Origin: Nanobdellota archaeon | Lineage (GTDB): Archaea; Nanobdellota; Nanobdellia; Woesearchaeales; JAHWHD01 | Direction: 5' to 3' | Assembly (NCBI GenBank): GCA_034722435.1 | Contig: JAYENX010000046.1 | Coordinates: 3,169-30,937, forward strand | Length of the DNA: 27,769 nt | Shown: positions 1 to 9,606 of the stretch, in pieces | Layout of the letters: each line of letters opens with the position of its first letter | How positions within the stretch are numbered: the first letter of the stretch is position 1 | Notes under the pieces: model-generated | The model's database searches: none | What the model saw: only the letters and a program-made list of their open reading frames with translations | What the model was told of the DNA's origin: nothing | Position numbers and translations under genes: made by a program

Positions 1-8
1 TAACCAAT

Positions 9-81
9 GCCTCTGTAGCATAGTAGCTAATGCGTCAGCCTTGTAAGCTGAAGATCGCGAGTGCAAGTCTCGCCAGAGGCT
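9..81 (+). tRNA. tRNA-Thr(UGU), intronless, CCA not encoded
   Basis: Full cloverleaf read by eye: acceptor GCCTCTG(9-15)/CAGAGGC(74-80), D stem GCAT/ATGC, anticodon stem TCAGC/GCTGA with loop CT-TGT-AA, T stem GCGAG/CTCGC, discriminator U73, C2-G71. D loop (AGTAGCTA) and T loop (TGCAAGT) are atypical. Confidence 0.93.
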
Positions 82-100
82 TTATATTTTAGGTGTATAA

Positions 101-724
101 ATGAAAATCATATTTTTAGGAAAACCTGCAGCAGGAAAAGGTACGCAAGCAAGAAGGTTAGCTGAAGAGTTAGATATACCTTATATTTCTACGGGAGAAT
201 TTTTTAGAGCTGAGCTTAAGCAAGGAACAGAGCTTGGCAAAATGGCTTATGAACAATACTGGAAAGAGGGTAAATTAGTTCCTGATGATATTACCAATAA
301 AATTGTTGAGAGTCAGATTAAAAATTATAGTAATTTTATTTTAGACGGATATCCACGAACTCTTGGACAAGCAAAATTCTTAGATAATATAACAAATATC
401 GACCTTGTCATAAATATAGATATATCCGATAAAGATCTTATGCATAGAATTGAAGGAAGGAGATATTGTCCGCAATGTAATGCAAATTATAATGTTAATA
501 CTGCACCGAAACCAAAAAATGATAATTTGTGTGATAAATGTAATATATCTCTCGAAATAAGGCCTGACGAGAAACCAAAAGCTTTAGCGGAAAGGTTAAG
601 AGAGTATAATGAAAAAACAGAACCATTGATTGAATTCTATAAGAATAAAAATATTCTAAATAATATTGAAGGTAATAGGAGCATTGAAAACATTTATCAA
701 GAAATTCTTAGTCTAGCTAAGTGA
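101..724 (+). CDS. adk: Adenylate kinase with zinc-binding LID
   Basis: P-loop GKPAAGKGTQA, ISTGEFFR, GKLVPDD, LDGYPRT, LID with CPQC...CDKC, RPDE...RLREY. Confidence 0.95.
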   Translation: MKIIFLGKPAAGKGTQARRLAEELDIPYISTGEFFRAELKQGTELGKMAYEQYWKEGKLVPDDITNKIVESQIKNYSNFILDGYPRTLGQAKFLDNITNIDLVINIDISDKDLMHRIEGRRYCPQCNANYNVNTAPKPKNDNLCDKCNISLEIRPDEKPKALAERLREYNEKTEPLIEFYKNKNILNNIEGNRSIENIYQEILSLAK

Positions 725-728
725 AGTA

Positions 729-1643
729 TCAAGAATATAATTCCTTTACAACAGTTGTTGCGTAGCTCCCTTTAGGGAGTTGAAATTCTAAAATTTGTTT
801 TGTATTATTATAATTAGAAACAGTAATAGATGTATCTATAAACATGTTTCTTAAGTCGCCTTCAGCAGATATTGCCGGAATTTGTTTAATGATAAAATCT
901 CTAAATGTAAGCTCTTCGTTATCCATTATAGTTTTCATAATTTCGTTAATATCGGACTCCTCAGTACCGAAACCAATAATTGCAATTTTTTCTTGTTCAA
1001 TACCTTTTTCAATCATCCTTTCGACAGTTAAGTTCCATAATAAAGATTGATAACTGTGAACGTACAACAAAAGAATTCGTCTAGGGATTTGTCTTAAAGC
1101 GCCAATGTAATCTCCAGGATGTTCTTCTAAATGACGTGTCAACCTTGGCTCTCCTTGAATTAACAAAGCTGCTTGCTTAAACTGTTTTTTTACAATGTAC
1201 TTACCTATTTTAGGGTTATTTGTTGAAAAACGTTGTTCACCAAAATAATTAGGAATCTTGATATGTTCAACATTAACAGGATTATCAGTATCAACAACAA
1301 TCCTGAACTTGTTCCCAATTAAATTTCCTAAAGAAATAGGGGTATCTCCGTAACCGTGGAATTTAAGTTCAATATCTTTAATATCTAATGACTCAACCCT
1401 TTCCTTTTTTATGTTCTTCAGAGAAATCAATTGTAAAGTTATAGCTTTTTTATCTTTAGCACCTGCGTAACCTACCTGTCTAAGTTTTAATTTTAACTTT
1501 CGGGCAATAATTTCGACGGCTTTTGAAGTTGTATACTCTTTCTTTTTCATCCAATAGTAAGAATAGGGACCTGAATCTTTAGGTTCAATATTAGTTACTT
1601 CTTCTACAACGAAATCTTCAGGTGATTGTTTTATTTTATACAT
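729..1643 (-). CDS. truD: tRNA pseudouridine(13) synthase TruD/Pus7, short form
   Basis: IKQSPEDFVVEE, catalytic GYAGAKDKKAIT, GNKFRI, PNYFGEQRF, LYVHSYQSLLWN, FQLPKGSYATTVVKE. Start placed at the second Met (1643, MYKIKQ), where the family motif begins. Confidence 0.92.
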   Translation of the reverse strand: MYKIKQSPEDFVVEEVTNIEPKDSGPYSYYWMKKKEYTTSKAVEIIARKLKLKLRQVGYAGAKDKKAITLQLISLKNIKKERVESLDIKDIELKFHGYGDTPISLGNLIGNKFRIVVDTDNPVNVEHIKIPNYFGEQRFSTNNPKIGKYIVKKQFKQAALLIQGEPRLTRHLEEHPGDYIGALRQIPRRILLLYVHSYQSLLWNLTVERMIEKGIEQEKIAIIGFGTEESDINEIMKTIMDNEELTFRDFIIKQIPAISAEGDLRNMFIDTSITVSNYNNTKQILEFQLPKGSYATTVVKELYS

Positions 1644-2973
1644 TTTGGTGGTGCGGCATTCGCTCAATATGAAGAGGGACTAGTTTTTTGTCAAGATCTA
1701 AGTCTGATAACGCGAGGAGATCTGCAATGTAAAAATTGGTGAAAGTTTTTATCTGGTTAGCAAATAAAGTGGAGTCAGTACCGCATAAAAACGGGGAGCC
1801 CCAGAATTGGTTTGACATTTTAAACCGTTTCTCTTTAAGCTTTTTTATTTCAATTTTTCTTGCTTCAATCGCTTCAGTGAAAATGCGGGCCATATCAGAA
1901 CCTGAAGATTGGCTTAGTTCAAGCTTAAGAGCGTCAATACGATTGCCAAGTTCAAAGATTCGGGAATTAATGTTTACACGTTCTTTTTCTGTTTTAATAT
2001 CGTCAAAAATTTCAGGAACAATAGCCGCAGGAAGAATGCCTCGCTTCCTATTACCGGATAAGACGTCGCCTTTGAAATGGTCTCCAATGTAAATGAAACT
2101 GTTAGGGAGTATCCCCGGATAAAGTTTAAGAAGTTCCAAAAAGCTACCTCCTTTTTTAACGAATGAACTTGTACCTTCTGAAAAAGAATCTTCAGATGAA
2201 AAAAAACGAGGTTTCATAGAATCTACAACAATTTCATCAAAAAAGTCTTTGTAATTTTCTCCAAAAAGAAATTTTAGTACATGGATAGTGTATTGCTCTC
2301 CTGAGTTAGTTATTAAAAATACTTTTTTACCAGACTTACGAATCTTTTGCAATAAAGATTTTATCTTTGTACAATAACCGTCCCCGTTACCACTTGCTTC
2401 GATGTAATCTTCAAAGTTTTTCATAAGTTCATTAAGAAAAAGTCTTGTTTCAGGGTTGTGAATAGATTCGACAGCTTTATAGAGTTCATTAAAAAGGTAA
2501 AAGTTTCTATCATGTTCATGCAGAGAGTAAAAATCCTTGTACTGTTCGATAATTGAAGCATAAATATACGCGTCAACTATATAATTAAATGAGTCAAGGA
2601 CCTTGTAACGTGCCTGGCCGTTATAACTTTCCCTTAAAGAAATAGGAGAAGGATAAATTGAATCCCTTTTTTCAAGAGATAATTTAGTTTTTCCGTGCAT
2701 AGCAATATCAACCTGTTTTCGAAGGTTGAGTTTTAAAATTGTACCCTGTTTTTTGTCAATAACAAGACCTCGTATCATGAAAGAGGGATTGTAACCGGCT
2801 TCAAGCAAAAAATTAAATCTTGGGTCGCGTTCAGCGAGTATTTTTGAAACAAGATCGAACCTTAACTTAAAAGCCTTAGGTTTATAGATAACAATAGTAT
2901 CGTCAAGGTCAAAACCGAAAGCTGTTATGTTCTTTAACGCAGTCCTATAATTCACAAATACTCTATCTGTCAT
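1636..2973 (-). CDS. HAD-superfamily subfamily IG 5'-nucleotidase (cN-II/NT5C2-like)
   Basis: N-terminal VFVNY..LKNITAFGFDLDDTIVIY (family pattern VFVNR.L....FGFDMDYTL..Y), RGLVID...G.ILKL, motif II LITNS, KPRFF, motif IV YIGDHFKGDV, coiled coil, FWGSPF..G...TLFANQI and terminal MPHH. Confidence 0.85.
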   Translation of the reverse strand: MTDRVFVNYRTALKNITAFGFDLDDTIVIYKPKAFKLRFDLVSKILAERDPRFNFLLEAGYNPSFMIRGLVIDKKQGTILKLNLRKQVDIAMHGKTKLSLEKRDSIYPSPISLRESYNGQARYKVLDSFNYIVDAYIYASIIEQYKDFYSLHEHDRNFYLFNELYKAVESIHNPETRLFLNELMKNFEDYIEASGNGDGYCTKIKSLLQKIRKSGKKVFLITNSGEQYTIHVLKFLFGENYKDFFDEIVVDSMKPRFFSSEDSFSEGTSSFVKKGGSFLELLKLYPGILPNSFIYIGDHFKGDVLSGNRKRGILPAAIVPEIFDDIKTEKERVNINSRIFELGNRIDALKLELSQSSGSDMARIFTEAIEARKIEIKKLKEKRFKMSNQFWGSPFLCGTDSTLFANQIKTFTNFYIADLLALSDLDLDKKLVPLHIERMPHHQNV

Positions 2974-3010
2974 GGTTAGCTTGAAACAGAGATTATATAT
3001 AAAATCAACT

Positions 3011-3025
3011 AAAGGTTTTTAAATA
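3011..3025 (+). promoter_or_regulatory. BRE/TATA-like promoter of the tRNA-Arg gene
   Basis: AAAGG followed by TTTAAATA (3018-3025), about 24 nt upstream of the tRNA 5' end at 3049. Confidence 0.55.
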
Positions 3026-3048
3026 AATTTAGTTTTTCAACTTATAAT

Positions 3049-3277
3049 GCGCCTGTAGCCTAGTCTGGCGACTGGTTACGCTCAGTCGATTAACTTCGCA
3101 AAGCGAAGTTGAATTCGAATTACGAATTCAGCAAAGTGCGACAAATGAGTGTACCAACGGATAAATAAGGCACCAGCCTCCTAATAATTTAAGAGTAAGC
3201 TGGGGACCGGGGGTTCGAATAGCTAACGATTTCGGCAACACCTGAGATGCGGAGCTTCGAAAGTCCCCTCAGGCGCG
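3049..3277 (+). tRNA. tRNA-Arg(CCU) with three introns (exons 3049-3068, 3165-3183, 3198-3219, 3264-3277)
   Basis: Joined exons give a 75-nt cloverleaf: GCGCCTG TA GCCT AGTCTGGATA AGGC A CCAGC CTCCTAA GCTGG GGACC GGGGG TTCGAAT CCCCT CAGGCGC G, with perfect acceptor, D and anticodon stems, A20 and G73. Each junction falls in a BHB-like motif. Confidence 0.9.
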
Positions 3278-3286
3278 TTCTTTTTT
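3278..3286 (+). terminator. Oligo-T tract after tRNA-Arg
   Basis: TTCTTTTTT directly after the discriminator base, typical of archaeal intrinsic termination. Confidence 0.4.
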
Positions 3287-3293
3287 AATTAAA

Positions 3294-4361
3294 ATGGAAG
3301 CGTTAAGAATATTTAAACGGGCATTATTCTTTAAAAGGTATAAACAGTATAATGGAAATGCTGTTGAAATCTGTAAACAAATCGTGAAAAATTGTTGGAA
3401 TGGTAAATTTTTTCAGGCAAGCAGAGGACATTTTAACCAATTTTATACGAGAGATTTCGCATTATGTGTTGAAGGGTTACTGAAATCAGGTTATAAAAAA
3501 GAAGTTAAAAAAACTCTCGAATATGCCCTTCAAATATTTGAAAAAAATAGAAAGGTAACAACAACAATCACTCCAAAAGGTAAGGCAATAGATATTTTTT
3601 CATACACCCCAGAATCAATAGCGATGATAATTAGAAGTTTAAGAATAGTAAATGATAAAAAATTAATTCATAAATACAAGAGACTAATCAATAATGAAGT
3701 TAATAAGGCATTTAAAATTAGTTTTAATAAAAAAACAGGGCTTTTAAGAATAGATAAATATTTTAGTTCTATGAAGGATAATTCTCTTAGAAAAGGTTCG
3801 TGTTATAATAATTGCATGATTGCTATGCTGAGTAATGATTTAAAAAGGTTAAAGTTAAACAATCCTTTCAAAAAGTATAACATAAAAGAAAATATTAGAA
3901 AAAAGTTTTGGAATGGGAAATATTTTTATGACGACATTAGAAAAGGGAAATATGTGGCAGGAGATGCAAACATATTTCCGTTCTGGACAAAGGTGTTTGA
4001 TGATAAAAAAATGTTTCAATCTTGCCTTAATGAAATAAAAAAAGCAGGATTAGATAAACCGTGGCCTTTAAAGTATACAAACTTCAGGACAAACCAAAGG
4101 TTTCCTAACAATATAGTTGTACCTAATTATGAAGGTAATTCTGTCTGGACACAGTTAGGTCTATGTTTTATGAAAACGGTTAAAATGTACAATTACAAAG
4201 ATTTTAAAAAATATTATCAACAGTATAGCGAATTAATAGAAAACAATAAAAATCTAATAGAATTATTCAATCCTGATGGAAGCGTCTATAAAACAACATT
4301 TTACATAGCTGATGAAAGCTTAATTTGGGCAGCGATATTTCTTGAAATAAGTTTGAATTGA
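3294..4361 (+). CDS. (alpha/alpha)6 six-hairpin glycoside hydrolase-like protein (GDE_C/GH63/GH100-like)
   Basis: FYTRDF (W/Y-x-R-D motif), DANIFP, NYEGNSVW (Y..G.vW), terminal IELFNPDG. Substrate cannot be assigned. Confidence 0.65.
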   Translation: MEALRIFKRALFFKRYKQYNGNAVEICKQIVKNCWNGKFFQASRGHFNQFYTRDFALCVEGLLKSGYKKEVKKTLEYALQIFEKNRKVTTTITPKGKAIDIFSYTPESIAMIIRSLRIVNDKKLIHKYKRLINNEVNKAFKISFNKKTGLLRIDKYFSSMKDNSLRKGSCYNNCMIAMLSNDLKRLKLNNPFKKYNIKENIRKKFWNGKYFYDDIRKGKYVAGDANIFPFWTKVFDDKKMFQSCLNEIKKAGLDKPWPLKYTNFRTNQRFPNNIVVPNYEGNSVWTQLGLCFMKTVKMYNYKDFKKYYQQYSELIENNKNLIELFNPDGSVYKTTFYIADESLIWAAIFLEISLN

Positions 4362-4379
4362 ATCGAAGTTATAGCTACA

Positions 4380-4399
4380 TTTATAAATATGAATTCATA
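4380..4399 (+). promoter_or_regulatory. TATA box plus adjoining 12-bp perfect palindrome (candidate operator)
   Basis: TTTATAAA (4380-4387) followed directly by TATGAATTCATA (4388-4399), 10 nt before the ATG of an HTH regulator. Confidence 0.5.
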
Positions 4400-4409
4400 A
4401 ATAAGTTAT

Positions 4410-5473
<1,064 letters not shown>

Positions 5474-5486
5474 ATTAAAGCTATTT

Positions 5487-7316
5487 TTATTTAATCATAG
5501 TTTTTAAAAACTCTGCAATTTTTTTACCTTCTGCTTTACCCCTTAACTGACCCATAGCTTTGCCAATAACTACGTTGAATTTTTTGCCTTTATTTTTTGT
5601 TACAATATCTTTCAAGACAGTTTTTAACTCTAAGTCTGATAACAATTTATAATCATTAAACTCGACATGCTCCGCATTTGCAAATTTAAGAAGTATTTCG
5701 TCAACAGATTCTTTAGATATACGACTTTTGCTAAGGTGAAGCAATATCGCTTCAAATTCTTCCTCAGAAATACTTATATGTTCAATATTATGTTTTCTCT
5801 GCAACTCTTTAATTTTAGGAATCATGAGTTCGGCAATGAACGCAGGTTTAATAGTTTTGAATTTTTTAACAAAATCTTCAAAAACGTTAACTTTAGGTGA
5901 CTTTGCGATAAGATCTGCAAGGTCTTTTCCAAGACCTAATTTACGTTCGAATCTTAGAGATTTATCAGTAATTAACTCAGGAATGTAAATGTTAGAAGTG
6001 TCAGGTTTAATAGTTTTTATATCTGTCTCAGGGTACATACGCGCTGCACCAGGAATAGGACGCATGTATGAAGAGGTTGAATCTGAATTTGGTTTTCTTA
6101 CCTCCATAGGAATTCCTTGAAGAGTTTCCTCAGCTCGTTCAATAACTGCTCTTAATGCGAGATCTACTTTCCAAGGTTTATCTGCGACAATCACAAAGGC
6201 ATCTTCTTTATTACAATTAAGTTCTTTCCTTATGACATCAACATCTTTTTCAGTTATACCGTATTTAGGAAGTTCATCAGAATGAAATATACCTCCAACA
6301 CCAGATTTTATTTTTGCACGATCGCTAAACTCGGTGCCAAGCCTTCTTCCAGGCTGAAGCTCGCGACCCACAAATCCTGCAAACTTAGGAAGTCTGATTG
6401 CTCTCACGACACCGTTATCTGAAAGAGCGTTTTGAATAACTGTCGACTCTGAATCTTTGAATACAGGAGTAACATCGTGCAGAGTCTTAAGAAATTTGAT
6501 ACCTTTTGGAAGTTCTTTTTTGATATTCAAAAGATTAATTTGTCTGAATACTTCATACTCAACAAGTTTAGGGAGGGCTTTCAAGTCCTGAAAACCTTTT
6601 ACTTCAACTCTTGGACCGTCATGTATAGAAATATTTACGTCTTGTCTAATAGTTCCAAGGCCCCTTTTAGCTCCGCCAGTGCTTCGCAAAAGTAAACCAA
6701 GAGCTTCAGCTGCTTCTTTACATTGTTCAGGAGTTTTAATATCTGGTTCAGTGGAAAGTTCTATCAAAGGAATGCCAAGTCTATCAAGACGATAAACTAC
6801 TGTTGATTCGTTTCTGGATATATCTTTTGCAGAATCTTCCTCTACTAAAAGAGTTTTTATACGTACATCGCCTTGAGTAGTTTCAATTTTTCCACCCATA
6901 GAAACAAGAGCGGTTCTTTGAAAACCTGAAACGCATGAACCGTTAATTATAGTTTTACGCATTACCTGAATATCGTCAACAATCTTTGAACCCAGCATTA
7001 TTGAAACTTGTAATGCAGTGTTCAATGCGCACATGTTCATAGGTTTAGGTGGTTCCTCATCAAGTTCAACTAAACAAGTAGTATCAGAATAAGCTTCATA
7101 AATAAAAGTTTGTTGACGCTTTTTTTCATGAAGAGCTGCTATATCTATCTCTCCTAATTCGCCAGCTGATGCATGAAGGCGTCTTTTTATTGTGAAATCA
7201 GGTTTATCATCTCTTAGAATAGAAGGACAGTTACAGAAAAGTTTGCCTGTGTCGAGCTGTTGGTGTATCTCGATTCCGCATTTCAAACCAACCTCTTCAT
7301 AATTTATCTTTTCCAA
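5487..7316 (-). CDS. gatE: Glu-tRNA(Gln) amidotransferase subunit E
   Basis: GIEIHQQL, CLVELDEEPP, SGFQRT, EEDSA, YRLDRLGIPLIE, GLGTIRQDVNISI, GGIFHSDELP.YGI, YMRPIPGAARMYPETD. TTG start with AGGTGA RBS upstream (7324-7329). Confidence 0.97.
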   Translation of the reverse strand: MEKINYEEVGLKCGIEIHQQLDTGKLFCNCPSILRDDKPDFTIKRRLHASAGELGEIDIAALHEKKRQQTFIYEAYSDTTCLVELDEEPPKPMNMCALNTALQVSIMLGSKIVDDIQVMRKTIINGSCVSGFQRTALVSMGGKIETTQGDVRIKTLLVEEDSAKDISRNESTVVYRLDRLGIPLIELSTEPDIKTPEQCKEAAEALGLLLRSTGGAKRGLGTIRQDVNISIHDGPRVEVKGFQDLKALPKLVEYEVFRQINLLNIKKELPKGIKFLKTLHDVTPVFKDSESTVIQNALSDNGVVRAIRLPKFAGFVGRELQPGRRLGTEFSDRAKIKSGVGGIFHSDELPKYGITEKDVDVIRKELNCNKEDAFVIVADKPWKVDLALRAVIERAEETLQGIPMEVRKPNSDSTSSYMRPIPGAARMYPETDIKTIKPDTSNIYIPELITDKSLRFERKLGLGKDLADLIAKSPKVNVFEDFVKKFKTIKPAFIAELMIPKIKELQRKHNIEHISISEEEFEAILLHLSKSRISKESVDEILLKFANAEHVEFNDYKLLSDLELKTVLKDIVTKNKGKKFNVVIGKAMGQLRGKAEGKKIAEFLKTMIK

Positions 7317-7406
7317 ATAATCTCACCTGAATTTATTATTAAATAATTGTTATAAAAGATATACTCATATGAGCATACTTGTTATTCTAATTACAGTTGT
7401 TACAGT

Positions 7407-8696
7407 TTAAACTAAAAATGTGTTATCTTCAATTCGTTCAGAAAGTTCTCCTCTTATACTTTCGCTCATAAGCTCAGGAATCTCTCTTTTACTGTAATTG
7501 CTCAAAAGCCAGGCTAGCTTTATAAAGGTTGTCTCTGTAGTCATATCTGATAAATGTCCTAGAACGCCCATCTTTTGTAAATCTCGTCCAGGAGAGTAAA
7601 CGTTCATGTTAAGTCTCCCATAAATAGGTTGAGGCGAACCAACCAAAACAGTTTTTTTACCAATATCTTCAATCGCCTTCCTTATCTTTAAATGTTCACG
7701 CGTAAAATCGTCAAAGTGTTCAGTAGGTGCATGACCTAAACCAGTCAATTCTAAAACAAGGCCATCAAAATTTTTGAAAGCTAAGAATTCTGTAGCATAC
7801 ATATTAGTATGCATCTTTAACACTCCCACCTTAACTTTTTCATTGAATGGCATAATCTTCGGCTTGTCCTTTGACCGGGTTCTGTAAGTTTTTCTTAGAT
7901 AAGTAATTGTTCCTGACCTTTCAATCCTTGCCCAAGGTCGAGTATTGATTGCCTTAAAAGCGTCTCTTCTCGAAGTATGAAACTTTCTAGTCTTTAAACC
8001 TGGAAGAAGTATACAAGAATCATCGCTCATACTTTCATGCATACATACTGCGACCTCTGCAAAATCTGTATTGGTTATGAAGTGTGCTGCACAAATTAAA
8101 TTAAGCTCTGCATCTGTAGAACCGCGATCAGAACTTCTCTGTGCTCCGACAAGAACTACAGGAACTGGAAGGTCTTGAATTAAAAAGCTTAGAGCAGCAG
8201 CAGTATAATGTATAGTGTCCGTACCGTGAGACACAATAATTCCTTGGCTACCTTTCTTAATCTCTTTAACAATTTCTTTTGCTAAAATGTTATAATGTGA
8301 AAATCTCATGTTTTCAGATAACATGTTACGAATAAGTCTTGAATTAATATTTGCAATCTCTCCGAGTTCAGGGAACATACGAAGAAGGTCTTCTGGACTG
8401 AATTTTGCTTCTACACCACCTGTCTGGTAATCTACCTTTGAAGCTATTGTTCCACCAGTATGAAGTATTGAAATTGTAGGGAGACCTTTCTTAGGTTTAA
8501 ATTTCTCAGATTTTATTTTTTTCTCAGTATAAGTCTCAAGAACTTCGGTTTTTGCAATTTTTCCTTTAAATATTCCTATATTATATCCGTTCTCAAGTTT
8601 AAGAACTACAATATCTTTTTCATAAGACGGAACCAAAACACCTTCGAACATCTCTTCAGGTGTATGTATCCTTACTTTATCTCCAGGGTTAGCCAT
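7407..8696 (-). CDS. gatD: Glu-tRNA(Gln) amidotransferase subunit D (asparaginase-like glutaminase)
   Basis: N-terminal KLENGYNIG domain, HTGGTIAS, HGTDT, GAQRSSDRGS, KFHTSRRDAF, GLGH, NVYSPGR; GAGGT RBS upstream. Confidence 0.97.
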   Translation of the reverse strand: MANPGDKVRIHTPEEMFEGVLVPSYEKDIVVLKLENGYNIGIFKGKIAKTEVLETYTEKKIKSEKFKPKKGLPTISILHTGGTIASKVDYQTGGVEAKFSPEDLLRMFPELGEIANINSRLIRNMLSENMRFSHYNILAKEIVKEIKKGSQGIIVSHGTDTIHYTAAALSFLIQDLPVPVVLVGAQRSSDRGSTDAELNLICAAHFITNTDFAEVAVCMHESMSDDSCILLPGLKTRKFHTSRRDAFKAINTRPWARIERSGTITYLRKTYRTRSKDKPKIMPFNEKVKVGVLKMHTNMYATEFLAFKNFDGLVLELTGLGHAPTEHFDDFTREHLKIRKAIEDIGKKTVLVGSPQPIYGRLNMNVYSPGRDLQKMGVLGHLSDMTTETTFIKLAWLLSNYSKREIPELMSESIRGELSERIEDNTFLV

Positions 8697-8729
8697 GAAT
8701 ATCTACCTCTTTTACCGTATTTTACAGTA

Positions 8730-9470
8730 TTATAATTTATTAGGTACATCTATAAACTCGGTTTCTATATTGAACTTCTCTTTTAACAGCCCGGCTATCG
8801 CAATCACGCCTAGCTTTTCTGAGTTATAATGTCCTGCGAAAATAATGTTAGTTTTTGATTCTTTTGCGAGTTCGTACATATGTTCCATTGAATCTCCTGT
8901 GATGTATAAATCGACTCCTTTGAAAACTGCATCAAGGAAATTTGAACCTCCACCACCAGAGATTATAGCTGCTGTTTTAATTTTGTCTTTTCCTAGTTTA
9001 AGTAGTGTACAATTAGTACCTAGTTCTTTATTAAGAATTGTAACAACATCATTAACATCTTTTTCATCAGCATATTTTGCAATGAATCCGACATCGAAAA
9101 CTTCTTGCAATTCCATGCCCAGTTTTTTCATAATTTGGGCATTATTACCTGAATCATAATGTGCATCTAAAGGAAGATGGTAAGCGACAAGGTTTATATC
9201 ATTATCAAAAAGTATTTTCAAACGTTGTTTTTTCAATTTATAAATATGTTTACTATCAAAATCGCTTATGAGTCCGTGATGAAGAATTATCATGTCAGCA
9301 TTTGCAGAAACTGACTTGTTAAAAAGTTCTATTGAAGGCGAAACTCCGAAAACTATCTTTTTTACTTCGTTTTTACCTTCAACCTCTAAACCATTAAGAA
9401 CTTTATCATTAAATTTATCTATCTCTAGAAATTCGTTTAAAAACTGAACAATATTGTCACGTGAGGCCAT
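8730..9470 (-). CDS. Nif3-like dinuclear metal-centre protein (YbgI/DUF34 family)
   Basis: NGLEVEG, HHGL, AYHLPLDAH..GNN, ISGGG, YITGD, AGHYNSE. Confidence 0.92.
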   Translation of the reverse strand: MASRDNIVQFLNEFLEIDKFNDKVLNGLEVEGKNEVKKIVFGVSPSIELFNKSVSANADMIILHHGLISDFDSKHIYKLKKQRLKILFDNDINLVAYHLPLDAHYDSGNNAQIMKKLGMELQEVFDVGFIAKYADEKDVNDVVTILNKELGTNCTLLKLGKDKIKTAAIISGGGGSNFLDAVFKGVDLYITGDSMEHMYELAKESKTNIIFAGHYNSEKLGVIAIAGLLKEKFNIETEFIDVPNKL

Positions 9471-9606
9471 TTTTTAATATTATAGAACAGAAACCATTGC
9501 AATATATAATCTTTTCTGTGTTTTTGTTGTTACTAAGAGGAGATTATTCGAAGATTATGAGAGAATTAATTAAAAAATATTAACATTATTTAAAAATTAT
9601 TAAGAA

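Noticed and set aside
1644-1667. N-terminal extension MSECRTTK of TruD in the ORF track
   Set aside because: It lies inside the 3' end of the nucleotidase gene, and the family motif starts at MYKIKQ (1643).
3264-4361. tRNA-Arg 3' end as an integration site for an island
   Set aside because: No integrase or transposase, and I saw no duplicate of the tRNA 3' end (CCCCTCAGGCGC) in the window.
7314-7329. gatE lacking an ATG, suggesting truncation
   Set aside because: TTG start with a well-spaced AGGTGA RBS, and the N-terminal GatE motif is complete.
7361-7376. Palindrome CTCATATGAG upstream of the gatE TATA box
   Set aside because: Single 10-bp occurrence with no second copy seen and no regulator to link it to.
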